Assembly (NCBI GenBank): GCA_020137815.1
Contig: CM035362.1
Location: 6,014,001 to 6,078,000, forward strand
Reading direction: 5' to 3'
Origin: Hormiphora californensis
Lineage: Eukaryota; Animalia; Ctenophora
DNA: 64,000 nucleotides
The notes beneath the pieces were generated by a model. It had not been told where the DNA came from, did no database searches, and saw nothing but the letters and a program-made list of their open reading frames with translations. Below, piece after piece: positions 52,101 to 63,541 of the stretch (within the stretch, counting starts at the first letter, position 1; each line of letters opens with the position of its first letter). A program made the translations under genes and the position numbers.

Positions 52101-55100
52101 TTAAACATGGCTCTTACCTCTGCTTTGAGGAAGTTAAACATGGCTCTTACCTCTGCTTTGAGGAAGTTAAACATGGCTCTTACCTCTGCTTTGAGGAAGT
52201 TAAACATGGCTTTTCTTACCTCTGCTTTGAGGAAGTTAAACATGGCTCTCACCTCTGCTTTGAGGAAATTAAACATGGCTCTTACCTCTGCTTTGAGGAA
52301 ATTAAACATGGCTCTCACCTCTGCTTTGAGGAAGTTAAACATGGCTCTTACCTCTGCTTTGAGGAAGTTAAACATGGCTCTTCTGTATGGGTTCTGAACT
52401 GCCCCGCCCATTAACTTCAGTTGCTTTCTCCACACGCTATTATCACTGGAGCTGTGGTCATACCCAGAGAGGGCAAACAGGAGGATACGTTTACTGTCAT
52501 CCTCCGGGGATTCCTGTAAAGAGTTTGTACTTTGTCAGTTGACCAGAAGGGGCGAACTCAATTTAAAATAATTCTTTATGATGTACTCCCCCTCGGGTAA
52601 GATGAGAGAGGGTGTGGCTCGGGTTCAACTGTGTGCGATGTATAACTTACCTCAATAAGTTTCTCTAAGACCCCAATGGCCCTCAACAGTGAACTCACCT
52701 CAATAAGTTTCTCTAAGACCCCAATGGCCCTCAACAGTGAACTCACCTCAATAAGTTTCTCTAAGACCCCAACAGTGAACTTACCTCAATAAGTTTCTCT
52801 AAGACCCCGACAGTGAACTTACCTCAATAAGTTTCTCTAAGACCCCAACAGTGAACTAACCTCAATAAGTTTCTCTAAGACCCCGATGGCAGCATCCATA
52901 CCACCCTCCCAGAGTTGGAGAGCCACAACTCTATCCAGGTTGTCCATTTGTTGCTTGGGCCACCTATAGTAAGGTGGGGGACAAGGGTTAATATAATAGC
53001 TCCTATATGACAAGGGGCAGTTTAGAAAGAGTCTCTCTTTCAAAGAGAAATGGATATAAGTCCCCTCTTACCATCTATCAGGGTAGTTGTTATGTGCAAA
53101 ATAAAGGCCATTTAATATGACCTTCAAAAAGAGAAAAATGTTTGGATTGGTGTATATGTATCAGACCTACTAACCGACATATTTCCATGCATTTCGATCT
53201 CCACCTACTAACCGGCATATTTCCATGCATTTAGATCTCCGGGCACTGGTGAAGAACTGGGAGTAGGGCGCCACACGCAGGTCTCCTGTAGTCGAGGAAT
53301 CGTAGTCTGCGGCAAAATGGAGCTTTGAAAAGAACTTGTTGTTCGTTTTTGGATCACGTCTTTTGTAAATGAGAGAATAATCTACACACAACTTCGCTTA
53401 ACTAAACTTATGTTAACTCAGGATAAACTCAGTTAAGTTAAACTAAAACATACCTCCCCCTGTAATGAGTCCACAAATCCCTGCCTTGACATCGAGGGGT
53501 TCAGGTAGATTTGAAATCTTCCCCGTTGGTTGGCGGTGTCTGGGGGTCTCGGTGGGGGTACCCGAGGGTTGAAGAGCGACTAGACCCTCAAAATAGGACC
53601 AGAACGCTTCTAAATCAGGACTACCTGATACTATGGACCTGTTCTTTTTAGGATTGAACTCATAGCCAGCCTTGATTCTTCTAACCATCACATCTGCAAT
53701 ATCCTCTACCTATAATAAAGTGTATGTACACATGGAAAATCAACGCTGATGGCGTTCGGCGTTCCGAAGAGCGGCAGAAAATTCTCGAAAATAAATGCCA
53801 TTGAAACCAATAAACACTTTAGCTGCAACACCGACATCGCTATGTGTTACCTGTGTATCACACTGGATCAACTTATCGGAACAACCCCAAAGTAATGTAT
53901 CATCGGGTGTAAATGCTGGTATCACCATATCGTGAAGAGTCAACACATACATCTCACTCCGCAGTTTTGGACCTGGACACAAGTTACACCGGTGTTACAT
54001 CGCTATCGTAGTACAACTGCTATTTTCTATTAAAATAAGATCAATACCACAATTGTTTTGACTGAGATCTCAGATCAATAAGATCAATCATCAACTTACT
54101 GCCTTCTTCAGGAGTTTTCTTGCAGCACAAGATCTTGTTTGGCTGGTAGGGGTGCCAGGAGAAGTTGGATATATTTCCACTCGCCATGTTCGGAGCACTT
54201 TTCTGCTTGTGTGGATTTCCCGGGGGAAAGGGGGAGAGGGAGGAAAGGGGGGAGAGAAGGGGAAAAAAGGGAAAGGGAGAGAAGAAAACAAGAGAGATGA
54301 GAGAAGGGTCACTGAACCTGTTTTAATTGGGGAAATCAAATGAAGGGGAATTAGGAAAAAGGATGGTGAGGGAGTGAAAAGGGGCTAAGAAGTCTGTCCT
54401 GTTTTTTAAAACATTTTGAGTTTTCACCCCAAACCAAATGGGGTTTTACCGGTTTTACACCCCGTCTTTATTTCTTCTTCCTGTTTTCCCAAAAAATTAA
54501 ATTTCCCTTTTGGTTAACAACCCAAACCCATTTTTTCCTGTTCTAACACACCAAAGTCATCCATTCTCTTTCCTGTTTTAAAACAAAATCTCAAATTCCT
54601 TTCCTGTTTTAAAACACCAAGCCCTTTTTTCCCACCTTTTTTAGCACAATTTCCAATTCTTTACCGGGTTTAAAACAAAGATTTTTTTTAAATGTTTAAA
54701 CCCAAAAAATTTCCCCTTTGTTCTCCCCGTTCCCGTTCTCCAACGTTAAAACCGGAACCAAGTGAATTCTCCTTCCCTGTAGAACACCAAAACTCCTCAT
54801 GCCGTTCACCGGGGGAACCGGGGGCCCCCCCAAAGGGCAACAAAATAAATTTAAAAACCACCTTTTTTCCCCCCCAAAACTATTTCCCTTTTTACGGGAA
54901 AACCCCCAAAAGGGGGGGCCCTCCCCCTGGGTAAAACCCGGGGGTTTCCCCCTTTTTTAAAAAAAAACAGCCGGCCCCCCCCCCAAAAAAAAAAGTATAT
55001 TTTGTTATTCAACCCCCCAAACACATTTCCCCCCCCCCCCTCCCCCGCTCCCTTTCCTTCCCTTTTTTTTCCCCAAAAAGTTCCTTTTTTCCTGCTTACT

Positions 55101-58100
55101 GCTCCCCCCCCAAAAAACCCTTTTTTAATCTAAACCCCCAAAAGTACCCTTTTTCCTTATTTTTTAAAAAAAAAACACTTCCTTTTCACTTAAACCCCAA
55201 ATTCCCTTTTGCTTATTTTCCCAACCCAAAAATTTTTTAACCCCCTTTAAACAACCAAAAATCCTTTCTCTCCCCCAAAAAAGTCCCTTTTTTTCCCCCC
55301 CCGGGGCCTGGATAACCCAAAGGGAAAATCTCTTTTTGGCGCCGAAAAGGGTTTATGGGTCCGGAAACGGGGGGAAAAAGGAAAAAAGGTTTTTTAATTT
55401 TTTCCTGTGGGTTACAAACCCAAATCCCCGTTTGTCCCCGAAAAAAGGTTAATTTGGGGGTTGCTGTAAAATAAACCTTCTTTTTCGTTTTTTTTTAAGG
55501 GGGGGGTTTTTCAAGATCAAAATTATGAAAATCAAAAAAAATCGTAAAAGGGGTTTCCAAAAAAGTCCTTTTTTCTTCCCCTTTTTTTTTTTTTTGGGCG
55601 TTTGGGGAAACCTAAAAAAATTTTAAAAAAACGTTTTTTTTTGGGCCGGAAAATTTCGGTTATCAAAAAAACTGGGTTAATTTTCGGGGGGCTGGGTTTG
55701 GGCCCAGTGGTTGTAAATTTTTTTTTTTCATTTTCTTTAAACACCCCATCACCCTTTTTTAATTTTTTAGAAAAAAAAAAACAAAGGGGGGGGGTTTTTG
55801 GTTTCTCGACGGGGTAAAAAAGGGGGTAGGGGAGTTGGGGGAAAAATTTAAAAAAAAAAAACTTTATCATCCTTTCCTATCCCCTTTTTGCTCACCCCCC
55901 TTCCTTTTTTTTCCTTTTTCCCCCTTTTTCCTTCTTCCCCCCTTTCCCCCCCTTTTTTTCCCCCCCCTTTTTTTTTTTATAAATTAAGGCTTAAAAAGGG
56001 GTATCTTTAATCGTTTTTCAAAGGGAAATTTTTTGTTTTTTAAAAGGGGGGGAGGGAAAAAATAAAAAAAATTTAAAAAGGCTTGGGTTTTTTTTTTCCA
56101 AATTAAAAAAGGGGTTTATCAAATTTTTTCTTTCCCCCCCTTTTTTTAAGGGGGACTTCCCCTTTTTTTTCAAAACCCCTTTTTTTCCAAAAAAAAAACA
56201 ATAAAAAAAAAAAACCCCGGGTTGGGGGGGAAAAAAGGGGGAAAAACCCCCTTTGGGGACCCAAATTCCCTTTTCCCCCAAAACCCCCCCAAAGGGTTGG
56301 GTCCCTTTAAATTTTTTCCTCGGGAAACCCTTTTTGGGGGGGAAAAACCCCCCCCCCGGAAAAAAAAATTTTTTTGTGGGAAAAAACCCCTTTACACCAA
56401 AAAGGGGGCCCCCGGTTTTAAAAAAAGGGGGAAAAAAAAATTTTTAAAAGTAGGGGGGGGGCCCCCCCGGTTTTTAAAAAAGCCCCCCCCCCCAAAAAAA
56501 AAAAAAATTTTTTTCCTTACCCCCCTTTTTAAATTCAAAAAACCCCAAAATTTTAAAAAACCCCCCTTTTTAAAAAACCAAATTTTTTGGGGTTTTAAAA
56601 AAAAAAACCCCCCAAAAGGGGGGCCCCCACCCCAAAATTTTTAAAAACCCTGGGGGGGCCCCCCTGGTCCCCCCCCAATTTGGCCCCCCAAAAACCCCCC
56701 CCCAAAACCCCCTTTTTTTTGAAAAATTTTTTAAATCCCAAAAAAAAGTGCCTTTAAAATTTAAAACCCAAAAAAAAAGGGGGAAAAAAAAAAAAACATT
56801 TAAGGAAAAAAAAAAAATTCCCCTCTTTGGGGAAACCCAAAAATTTCCCCCGGGCCCCAACCCCCCTTTTAGTTGAACCCCCCCGGGAACCCCCCACCCC
56901 AAAACCCGGGGGGAAAACCCCCCCCCCCCCCCCGGGGGCCCCGGGGGCCCCCGGGCCCGGGGGCCAAAGGGGAAAAAACTCGCGAATTTTTTTAAAAAAA
57001 AGAAAAAAGAGGGGGGGAAAATTTTAAAGGGAGTGGCAAACTGAGTGGCCGGGGGCCCTCACCCTTTTTTTTTTCTTTTTTCCCTTTCTCCCCCTCTGTT
57101 GTTTTTTTCCCGTTTAAAAATTCCCCCCCCTTTTTCCCCTTCTTTTCCCTTCTCCCAAAAAACCCCCTAATTTTCTCTTTTTTTCCCTCTCCCCCAAACC
57201 CGGGGGAAAAAAAAGGGAAAAAGGGGGGGAAAAAAGGGGGAAAAAAAAGGGGAGGGGGGGGGGGGAAAAGGGGGGAGGGGGGGAAAGAAGGGGAGGGGAA
57301 GAAGGGAAAAAAAAGGGGAGGCAAAGGAAAAAGGGAAAAAAGGGGAAAAAGAGGGGGCCCCCCGGGGGAAAGGGGGAAAAAAACCCCCCCGGGGGAAACC
57401 CCGGGGCCCCCCCGGGGGGGGGGGGGGTCCCCCCAAACCCGGGGGCCCCCCCCCCCCCTTTTTTTGGGCTCCTTCCCCCCTTTTTTGGGGCCCCCCCCCA
57501 AAATTTTAAAAAAAAAGGGTTTTTTTTCCCCCCCCCCGGGGGCAAAACTTGGGGGGGGAGGGGGGGAAAAGGCCCCTTTCCCCCCCCCCCCCCTTTTTTT
57601 TGGAAAAAGGGGGGGAAAAGGGGAAAGGGAAATTTACTTATTTATTTTTTCCCCGGCCCCCCCGAATTGTTTTTAACCACGGGGGCCCAAAATCCCCCCC
57701 CCCCGGTTTGGGGCTCCCCAAAAAAAGGGGGTGTTGGGGTTTGGGGGGGGGGAAAAGGGTTATTGAAAATAAAAAAATTCTGGGTCTAACCCTTCATTTT
57801 AAATTGTCCCGTCCGTGCCGAGGGACCCAAACCCTTTGGGTAAAAAAAACCCTTTTTTTAAATTTTTAGGTTCCCTGGGTTGCCCTTTGGGGTTTTAAAA
57901 AAAAACCCGGGAACGAAAAAAGGAAAAAGGGCCTTATTTTTTTTGATTTTCCCAATTTAGACAGTTTTAAAAGTCTCCCTCCTTTAAAAAAAAAAATGAA
58001 TTGTTTCCCCGGTTTTTCCGCCCTTTTTTTCCGTTTTTACGGGGGTTTTTTCGGGCGTAGGGGAGGGTTTTGGGTCCCACAGGAAAAAAAAAGGAAAAAT

Positions 58101-61100
58101 TTCCCTTTTTGTTCTCCCCTTTTTTTTTAAAAAAAATTTCGTTTTCCCCAACAGCCCAAATTTTCCGGGCACAAAAACCCCCGTGTTTTAAAAACCAAAC
58201 CCCTTTCTCCCCTTTTTTAAAAAAAAAATTATTTTCCCCCCCCCACCTTTCTAACACCCAAAAATCCTTTTTCCTTACCCGTTTAAACCCCCCAAATTCT
58301 TTTTTTCCTCATTTTAAAACACAAAAATTTTTCCCTTTTCCTTTTTTTCTGGACAAAAAAGATTTTTCCCCCCCTTTTGCAAAAGTTTAAATTTTTTTTT
58401 TTGTTTTCAACCAAACTTTTTTTTTTTTCCCCAAATATTTTACCCCTATCGAACCCAAAAAGAAGGAAAAGAAAAACTGAAAAATGAAGTTGTTTACGGT
58501 TTTGATCACTGCGAACCTTGTAATTAACCGTTTTTCACGGGGATTTCACTGGGCTGTAGGTGACGGTCTTGTGAATCCCACAGTGAAAAAAATTTGGAAA
58601 AATTCCGTTATTTGCTCTCTCGGCAAGCTTTTCCGTAAAACCCACTCAAATTTGCTAGTCTTTTGTGCGGAGCACACAGCAGATTCTGCGGTCTCACTAT
58701 CAGCCCCTGTGTTCTAACACACCAAAGTCATCCATTTCTCCCTCTCACCTGTTCTAGCACACCAAAGTCATCCATTTCTCTCTCTCACCTGTTCTAACAC
58801 ACCAAAGTCATCCATTTCTCTCTCTCACCTGTTCTAACACACCAAAGTCATCCATTTCTCTCTCTCACCTGTTCTAACACACCAAAGTCATCCATTTCTC
58901 TCTCTCACCTGTTCTAGCACACCAAAGTCATCCATTTCTCTCTCTCACCTGTTCTAACACACCAAAGTCATCCATTTCTCTCTCTCACCTGTTCTAGCAC
59001 ACCAAAGTCATCCATTTCTCTCTCTCACCTGTTCTAGCACACCGAAGTCATCCATTTCTCCCTCTCACCTGTTCTAGTACACCAAAGTCATCCATTTCTC
59101 TCTCTCACCTGTTCTAGCACACCAAAGTCATCCATTTCTCTCTCTCACCTGTTCTAACACACCAAAGTCATCCATTTCTCTCTCTCACCTGTTCTAGCAC
59201 ACCAAAGTCATCCATTTCTCTCTCTCACCTGTTCTAGCACACCAAAGTCATCCATTTCTCTCTCTCACCTGTTCTAGCACACCAAAGTACTCCATTTCTC
59301 TCTCTCACCTGTTCTAGCACACCAAAGTCATCCATTTCTCTCTCTCACCTGTTCTAGAACACCAAAGTCATCCATTTCCGTTTTCTCCATCGTATACACA
59401 GGAAACTCTCTGATCTGGACCTGTTTCGCGGTTTTGGTGATGAACCCGATCCGGGCAGGGTGTGTGGGACACCACTCTATCTTTCTGATGTCACTCGTGG
59501 TACATTTGATGGAACGAATTGCTTTCTCCGGGTTTTTCATATTCCTGATGTGTGTGTGAGGAATGTTAGGTGAGGAATTTCGTAATGAAATTACCCCTGT
59601 GGGGTGTGAGCTCCCCTGTGGGCTGCAGGTGTGAGCTCACAACGTTAATAAGTGACTTCGTAACCAAGTGAGGAATTTCAGTCGTGGTAGAAGCTACCGT
59701 CTGACCTCGATTAGGTGAAAACTGATATAACAAGCTGTTTGGGTAAATCTTGGGAAGTTGAGAGCCGGTAAATCGGATCCCAACTTTTATAGTATTTTAA
59801 CCGGATAAAAGTCACAACAAATAAATTACCGTGTATCCCATAGTTTGACATATTCATCAGAATGCGAGGCCAGGATATGTTCATAAGTTGGAGAGAAACA
59901 AACTCCATCCGTCTCCTGGATATCAGTCGCTGGTCGCCGTATTTCCTTGGGTTTTACCCTGAAATATTGTTGATTAAACACACGGCTGCTGTTCCAGAAT
60001 CATACCAAGGAATACCAAGGAATGGCAAAGTATTGATACTATTATTATTTATTTCCAAACCCGCCCTGAAACCTAGCAGTTACACTGAACCCCCCCCCCC
60101 CCCTTCCCCCAAGGGTTCTGCCCCGCCCCCCTTACCGTATATCAAATATCTCAATTCTCTTCTTGCTTGTGCCTGCTACAAGGATATCTGCATTATGTGG
60201 AGACCATGCTATCGACTGGATACTGTCCCCATCGTTTCCGAAGTTCAGCACCTGATAGGTTAGATATATTTAAAGAGTTAGCTGTCTCACTAATGAATTT
60301 TGTCTGAATCATGTGTCACAGTGTGAGCGGTGAGCAACTTTAACCAAGAAAAACATCTTTGGTCACTTCTAAATACATGGTCTGAGTTTGAACACTAAAT
60401 GTCGAACTACCTTGCTTTGTTCAAACCCTCGCGGAAGGGGGGTCGAACAAGGCAAGAACTACCTTTTTCGTCTGCAAGTCCAACACATGAATCCCTTTGG
60501 CAGTTCGACTCTTTTCCGTTGCTATGGCAACCTTGTTAGGCGCCTTAGCACTCCACTCCAAAAGGTGTATCCTCCGTGGTGACTGCCTCGCTTGGTTAAA
60601 ATGGATGCTCTCCAGCTGGAGATCACTGGACCCCCTCTGTGGTTGACTCAAATCCAACCGGAACAACTTCTCCTGGCTTGCTGTTACAACTACGGTTGTG
60701 TCTGTTGGGTGGACAGCAAAGGTTTTCAGCTTATGTTTCGTATGGTCTACATAGGAGTATAGTTCCCTGACTGTTGCTTGGTCGGGAGATAACAGGTAGT
60801 CTTGGTTCCGACGATCTTCCGTCTGGGAATATGAGAATTATATTAATATCTTAAAGAAGAGTAGCAGTATTATTAGCAGTAGATGAAATCTTCTAAATAG
60901 TCTTCTGAATAATTGAGTTGTGTACCCATTGTGTAAAGTCCATTTCAACTGTTCCCCCAAAAACTTAAATTTAGAATTTTTGTGGCGTGTGATATACACA
61001 TAAAACAGTTCTGCACACGACTTTGGAGGGGGATCAGCTGAAAAATGGAGTATATCATGTGTATCCATTGTGTATCCATTGTGTTGAGATTTACCTCAGT

Positions 61101-61193
61101 GATCTCGTAATAATGAAAATCCCCATCGCTGAGAGTTATGTAACAACACTTATCTCGTGTCCTAACCCATCTAAAGTTATGTAGGTCGTCCAT
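43109..61193 (-). CDS. MIOS: GATOR2 complex subunit MIOS (WD40 repeats, solenoid, C-terminal zinc-binding region)
   Basis: Exons give WD40 repeats (IAWSPH...IFDIR; VKLWDTR; FSWHP), ALSGY...WRK...NPYRRAMFNFL, EDRILFGCRYL...EGNIRAVILTG, YLDRTSDVQT, CKKPLPRCSLC, WFVWCLACGHGCHSDHMADWFR|EHKVCPTPGCWCKC, collinear with MIOS/Sea4. Confidence 0.92.
45261..45302 (+). other. Genomic copy of the ctenophore trans-spliced leader exon, fused to the LINE 5' UTR
   Basis: gtttcaaacttttcaacactactttaaacaaattaatttgag matches the Hormiphora/Pleurobrachia SL as I recall it (not database-checked). It is not followed by a GT donor. Confidence 0.8.
45489..46778 (+). CDS. LINE ORF1 (gag-like, zinc knuckles)
   Basis: 429 aa with QCFHCQRFGH...C, CAFCTGDH..C and CVNC...H motifs. 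Confidence 0.88.
   Translation: MSGVATHDVIMCRNDMEGKLLATSYSDRCKGASILQSIKDDAVEPPSGASKAVLWTMVKELYGLLPETRRISTHSSESVTSFTADDLRDTLDKLKEDLLSTLPDLVAPKVSKILAPSSDQLAIHAVNRTGSAQETVTPVTPIKRYLTIKDKGEEGPMCEKKWTTVVKTKVEKALNKIPVLDLSVTKRRTNLMFETDEQLEQAKEVLSPFLDVSPVVEKEKKRDPRIMINDLDQDLLEKDRLLSEIVSDKNESVKRLVGEGHLVKVVHVNRTGRYAVFQVSPEVRKAISERKDKLFLKLRQHSVRNRFYVTQCFHCQRFGHVAGSIYCPNKDKSPVCAFCTGDHDTRSCHAKKENVVSRMKCVNCDHGGSREDKRHAQSHPASSSMCPFYVNAKGRLMESTSGVTKQEKNVYLTRAWEDLRGKRLGGLAH
46733..49708 (+). CDS. LINE ORF2 (APE endonuclease plus reverse transcriptase)
   Basis: GTLNVHS, VQET, GDFN, THVRGGTLDL, SDH; NYRPVSNL, LDMSAAFDTVDH, GVPQGSLLGP, YADD. Confidence 0.95.
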   Translation: MGGSERKTSWRIGTLNVHSVMNKTSGVITHLEEKGCDICLVQETYLKQSDTAKLQEIRDYGWNIFSSPRAERSGGGIGILYRDGVKLKYTPVKAKFKSFQVQEALIGGGKDVTRLCNIYRPPYTGKARFTEAQFLDEFTDYLSELVCKTGNPILMGDFNFQVQDTQNFYAKKLLGLLDSLGFDQRVPLQPTHVRGGTLDLLLCQKDRYSKVQSVEVFPDGTTSDHFLVLAELCIETVASEYKTREKVDMYRDFKAVDIEILRCAFRSVDWSEAMESGSAEEVLCIYMRKLEELVDRTVPLKRRKKRGAKLRPWRDNPEVRQVLRQRRNAERAWENNKTSVTKKQFNELKRQFGRVDKEARTNYVKEDLEESRDDPKALQRKLNRLLGNTETFMPETTDKRRLADDFADFFVGKVDKIRSTVIGEKNLRTKRNPIHQTPVCCFEEFEEVSPEKLKRIIKDMPDKTCDLDPIPTWLVKGCMHELAPVLCRFINLSLGCSSVPELLQQALVFPTIKNPYGDKDTLTNYRPVSNLSFVSKLLEKIVLEQLNSYLNENELLNKHQSGYRVNHSCETLLMGMFDDLLRDMDEGKVAGLFRLDMSAAFDTVDHGKLLEVLEERFGVKGSVLDWFANYLQMRTYRVNVEGELSRIVSLICGVPQGSLLGPVLFLLYVEELQDLVKPYGLRIKLYADDSQLYISFVPTDEENWKLAKKRTEEYLLSVKEWMSEHWLKCNEAKTEFLLLGKNSALDKMVYQPTVDFGGVEISPVDFTGSTGKTLGVFLDSNLSMERQINSVKRQCGLLLKNLWQVNRCLDRSTKILLVKQLIISRLDYCNILYHGLPKKLLNSLQRVLNSCVRFVYGLHGHQDTYMPYLKELHVLPVEQRVTFKACLMAYKIVHGLAPDYLQDQVPVDDGLHVIRATRGNAWPDGLKLKYPKLSSVNATSKLRRRRPSVYLPEVWNRLPLDLRAVESVESFKSKLKTSLFTEAFGETGLSS
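49980..51099 (+). mobile_element. Non-coding insertion (Helentron/DINE-like) in the LINE 3' UTR, itself containing a MITE (50105-50354)
   Basis: Separates the LINE body from its tail. Begins actagagtacccg and ends cagactgact...ttattatatggat. Inner TIR tagtaggagcggttagatca. Confidence 0.5.
52045..52351 (-). repeat. Nine 33-bp copies of MIOS exon end plus donor, in frame
   Basis: (AMFNFLKAE|GTRAGA)n. Confidence 0.95.
54210..58480. other. Homopolymer-saturated, probably unpolished or low-quality assembly inside a MIOS intron
   Basis: Consists almost entirely of runs of A, C, G or T. Garbled relics of the 40-bp donor repeat at ~54470-54800 and ~58250-58400. Confidence 0.85.
58708..59348 (-). 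repeat. ~16 copies of a 40-bp MIOS exon end plus donor
   Basis: GAAATGGATGACTTTGGTGTNYTAGAACAG|GTGAGAGAGA. Confidence 0.95.
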
Positions 61194-61434
61194 TGCACAT
61201 TTGCAGAGCTAAAGAGCAATGGTTTATATTATAAATAGATACGAGTTGCCATTATACACTGTGTATTTGCTGTGTATTTGCTGTGTATTCACTGCGTAAA
61301 CACTGCCGATTTAAGAATGTGGAAGATGCGGGTAGTACCATAATTTACAAAACTCAACTGATAAAAATACATCCATTGTCAACTATAAAGGGTTAAAACT
61401 TGCTCAAAAAACATTGTCAACAGCTGTGATCCAG

Positions 61435-62482
61435 TTAAAATTTGTTCAAAAAGCTGGCCAACTGAACATAATCCGGTGCTGATTCCCACTTGAACTCAAG
61501 TCCAATTGTAAGGTAGGACAATGTAGGAGAGTCTGAAATGTGTTGAAATAGTTTCTCATAGTCAACTCCCCCAGGCGATGTTATCTCTGTTCTATCAGGC
61601 GTCTGGGCAACCTAGGTGAAATAGTTGTTAAATAATTCCTTGAATTGCACAGTACAATATTAATTATTTATTGAATCTGTTTACAATAATTTACAAAAAC
61701 ACCATGTCCCAAATACAGGGTGGTTTTGTGGGTTTTTGTCGACTGTATACCTGAATGTATCCAATAGAACTGGCATTTTCATCCATCAATTGTATTATCT
61801 CCTCAGTAGAGTACCCAAGGCAGTTCAAATGAAAAGTGTCAAACTGGAGCTTTATGTTTTCTTTTCCAATTTTCTTCAAAAGTTCAATCGCCTTTGGGAA
61901 GTTGTCAAGAAAATACCCAGGTATTACACCCCCACTAATGACTTCTACCAATCCTATAATACCTTCATTTTCAAGCATCTCACTTGCTTTTTGAAGGTTG
62001 TCAACGAAGGTTCTTTCATTGCCAGTGGCAGCAAGACCGGCCATGATATGAAGTCGAGAACATTTCAAGGCTTTACAGTACCGAATACCTTGTTCGATTC
62101 CCTCCAAGAACTGTTCCTTTCCTCCCTCTGTCGACGCGAATCCAGGCTCCTTATTTGGTCCCAAGGATGTGTTAATTAGTTCTATATACAAGGGGTAGCT
62201 GTCTAATTGTTTATCCCATTCCTCGATCGACCAAGTATAAGGAAACGCAACTTCTATCGACAGAAAGCTCTTATCTGTGGCCTTTTCTAGACGCTTTCCG
62301 AGAGGTCCCAGTGTCCCATCTTCTTTAAATTTATCAACAAACATTGTACCAATGTTGTAAGCGTATTTCTTCTTGATGTCCATGTTGTAAGTTGTCTCAT
62401 ATGAGACCCTCCTCTCCGCACCGGGCCGCGGTGTACAGTCAGTGTAGGAAAAGTTGTAAGCGTATTTCTTCTTGATGTCCAT
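61435..62482 (-). CDS. HYI: Putative hydroxypyruvate isomerase (2 exons)
   Basis: YNIGTMF...IEVAFPY...LINT...YCKALKCSRLHIMAG...GLVEVI...IPGYFL...IKLQFDTFH...IGYIQ|VAQTPDR..PGGVDY...IGLEF. Intron ~61614-61751. Confidence 0.88.
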
Positions 62483-63441
62483 GATATAGAGATATGCTAG
62501 GACGGCAAACTAGGGTCCAAAATTCGCAACGGGACGTCGGCACCGTGTTTTTAAAATGAAAACAACACAAAATCGCTGTAAAATTTGAAAGGTCGCTGCA
62601 GCGACCTTTCAAATTTTACAGCTGCTCGAAATTGGGACGCGCGGATAAAATACGCTACGAATTTATGCGCGCCCAATTGCAGCGCTTAGACATAATACTC
62701 GCGTCGGTACGATGATGCTTTTCATCGATTGGGAATGATGGCCCTCTCTGTTTCAGCCATCCAGAAGTGCTTTTGCTTCAATTATCTGATACCGAGACGA
62801 ACAATTAAACGAGTTTCATTAATTCTGAATAAATATTAATCTTTACAGAGATAATACACACATAAAAAAAGACTAGAACACTTTATACACACTTTTATAC
62901 AGCAAAGAGAAAAAGGAAACTTTGAACACACTGATGAAAAAAGGATGGAAATCGTGAAACTAGGACAAAATATATTTACATCTGATATACAAAGTGCAAA
63001 AACACCCGAAACTTGATCCCACCCATGCATGTTTGGTGGTCCCTAAATCGTCGTCATCAAGATCAGATCACGTAACAAGTAGCATGCTAGGAGCACCCCA
63101 CATGCATGATCAGATTACCCCACTGAGGATCAGATCCCCCACCCAAGATCAGATCATCCCATAGAGGATCAGATCACCCCACCCATGATCAGATCACCCC
63201 AGTGACTATCAGATCATCCCAGTGAGTATCAGATCCCACATTTCACCCAGTAGTCCACTGTGCGTGATGAGATCCCCCATATAGAGTGGTAAAATAGACA
63301 AAGACGTGACGACAGAGAAATTGAGATAAAAATGAAGAGAGAGAGAGAGAGAGAGAGAGTGAGAGAGTGAGAGAGAGAGAGAGAGGGAGAGAGAGAGACA
63401 GAGAGAGACAGAGAGAGAGAGAGAGAGACAGAGAGAGAGAC

Positions 63442-63541
<100 letters not shown>

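Noticed and set aside
54210-58480. Many K/G/P/F-rich ORFs and G-quadruplex-like runs
   Set aside because: The homopolymer-inflated sequence contains garbled copies of the neighbouring repeat; most likely a base-calling or consensus artifact.
61435-62482. HYI as a bacterial horizontal transfer or contaminant
   Set aside because: HYI occurs in animals, and this copy has a GT-AG intron and sits next to MIOS.
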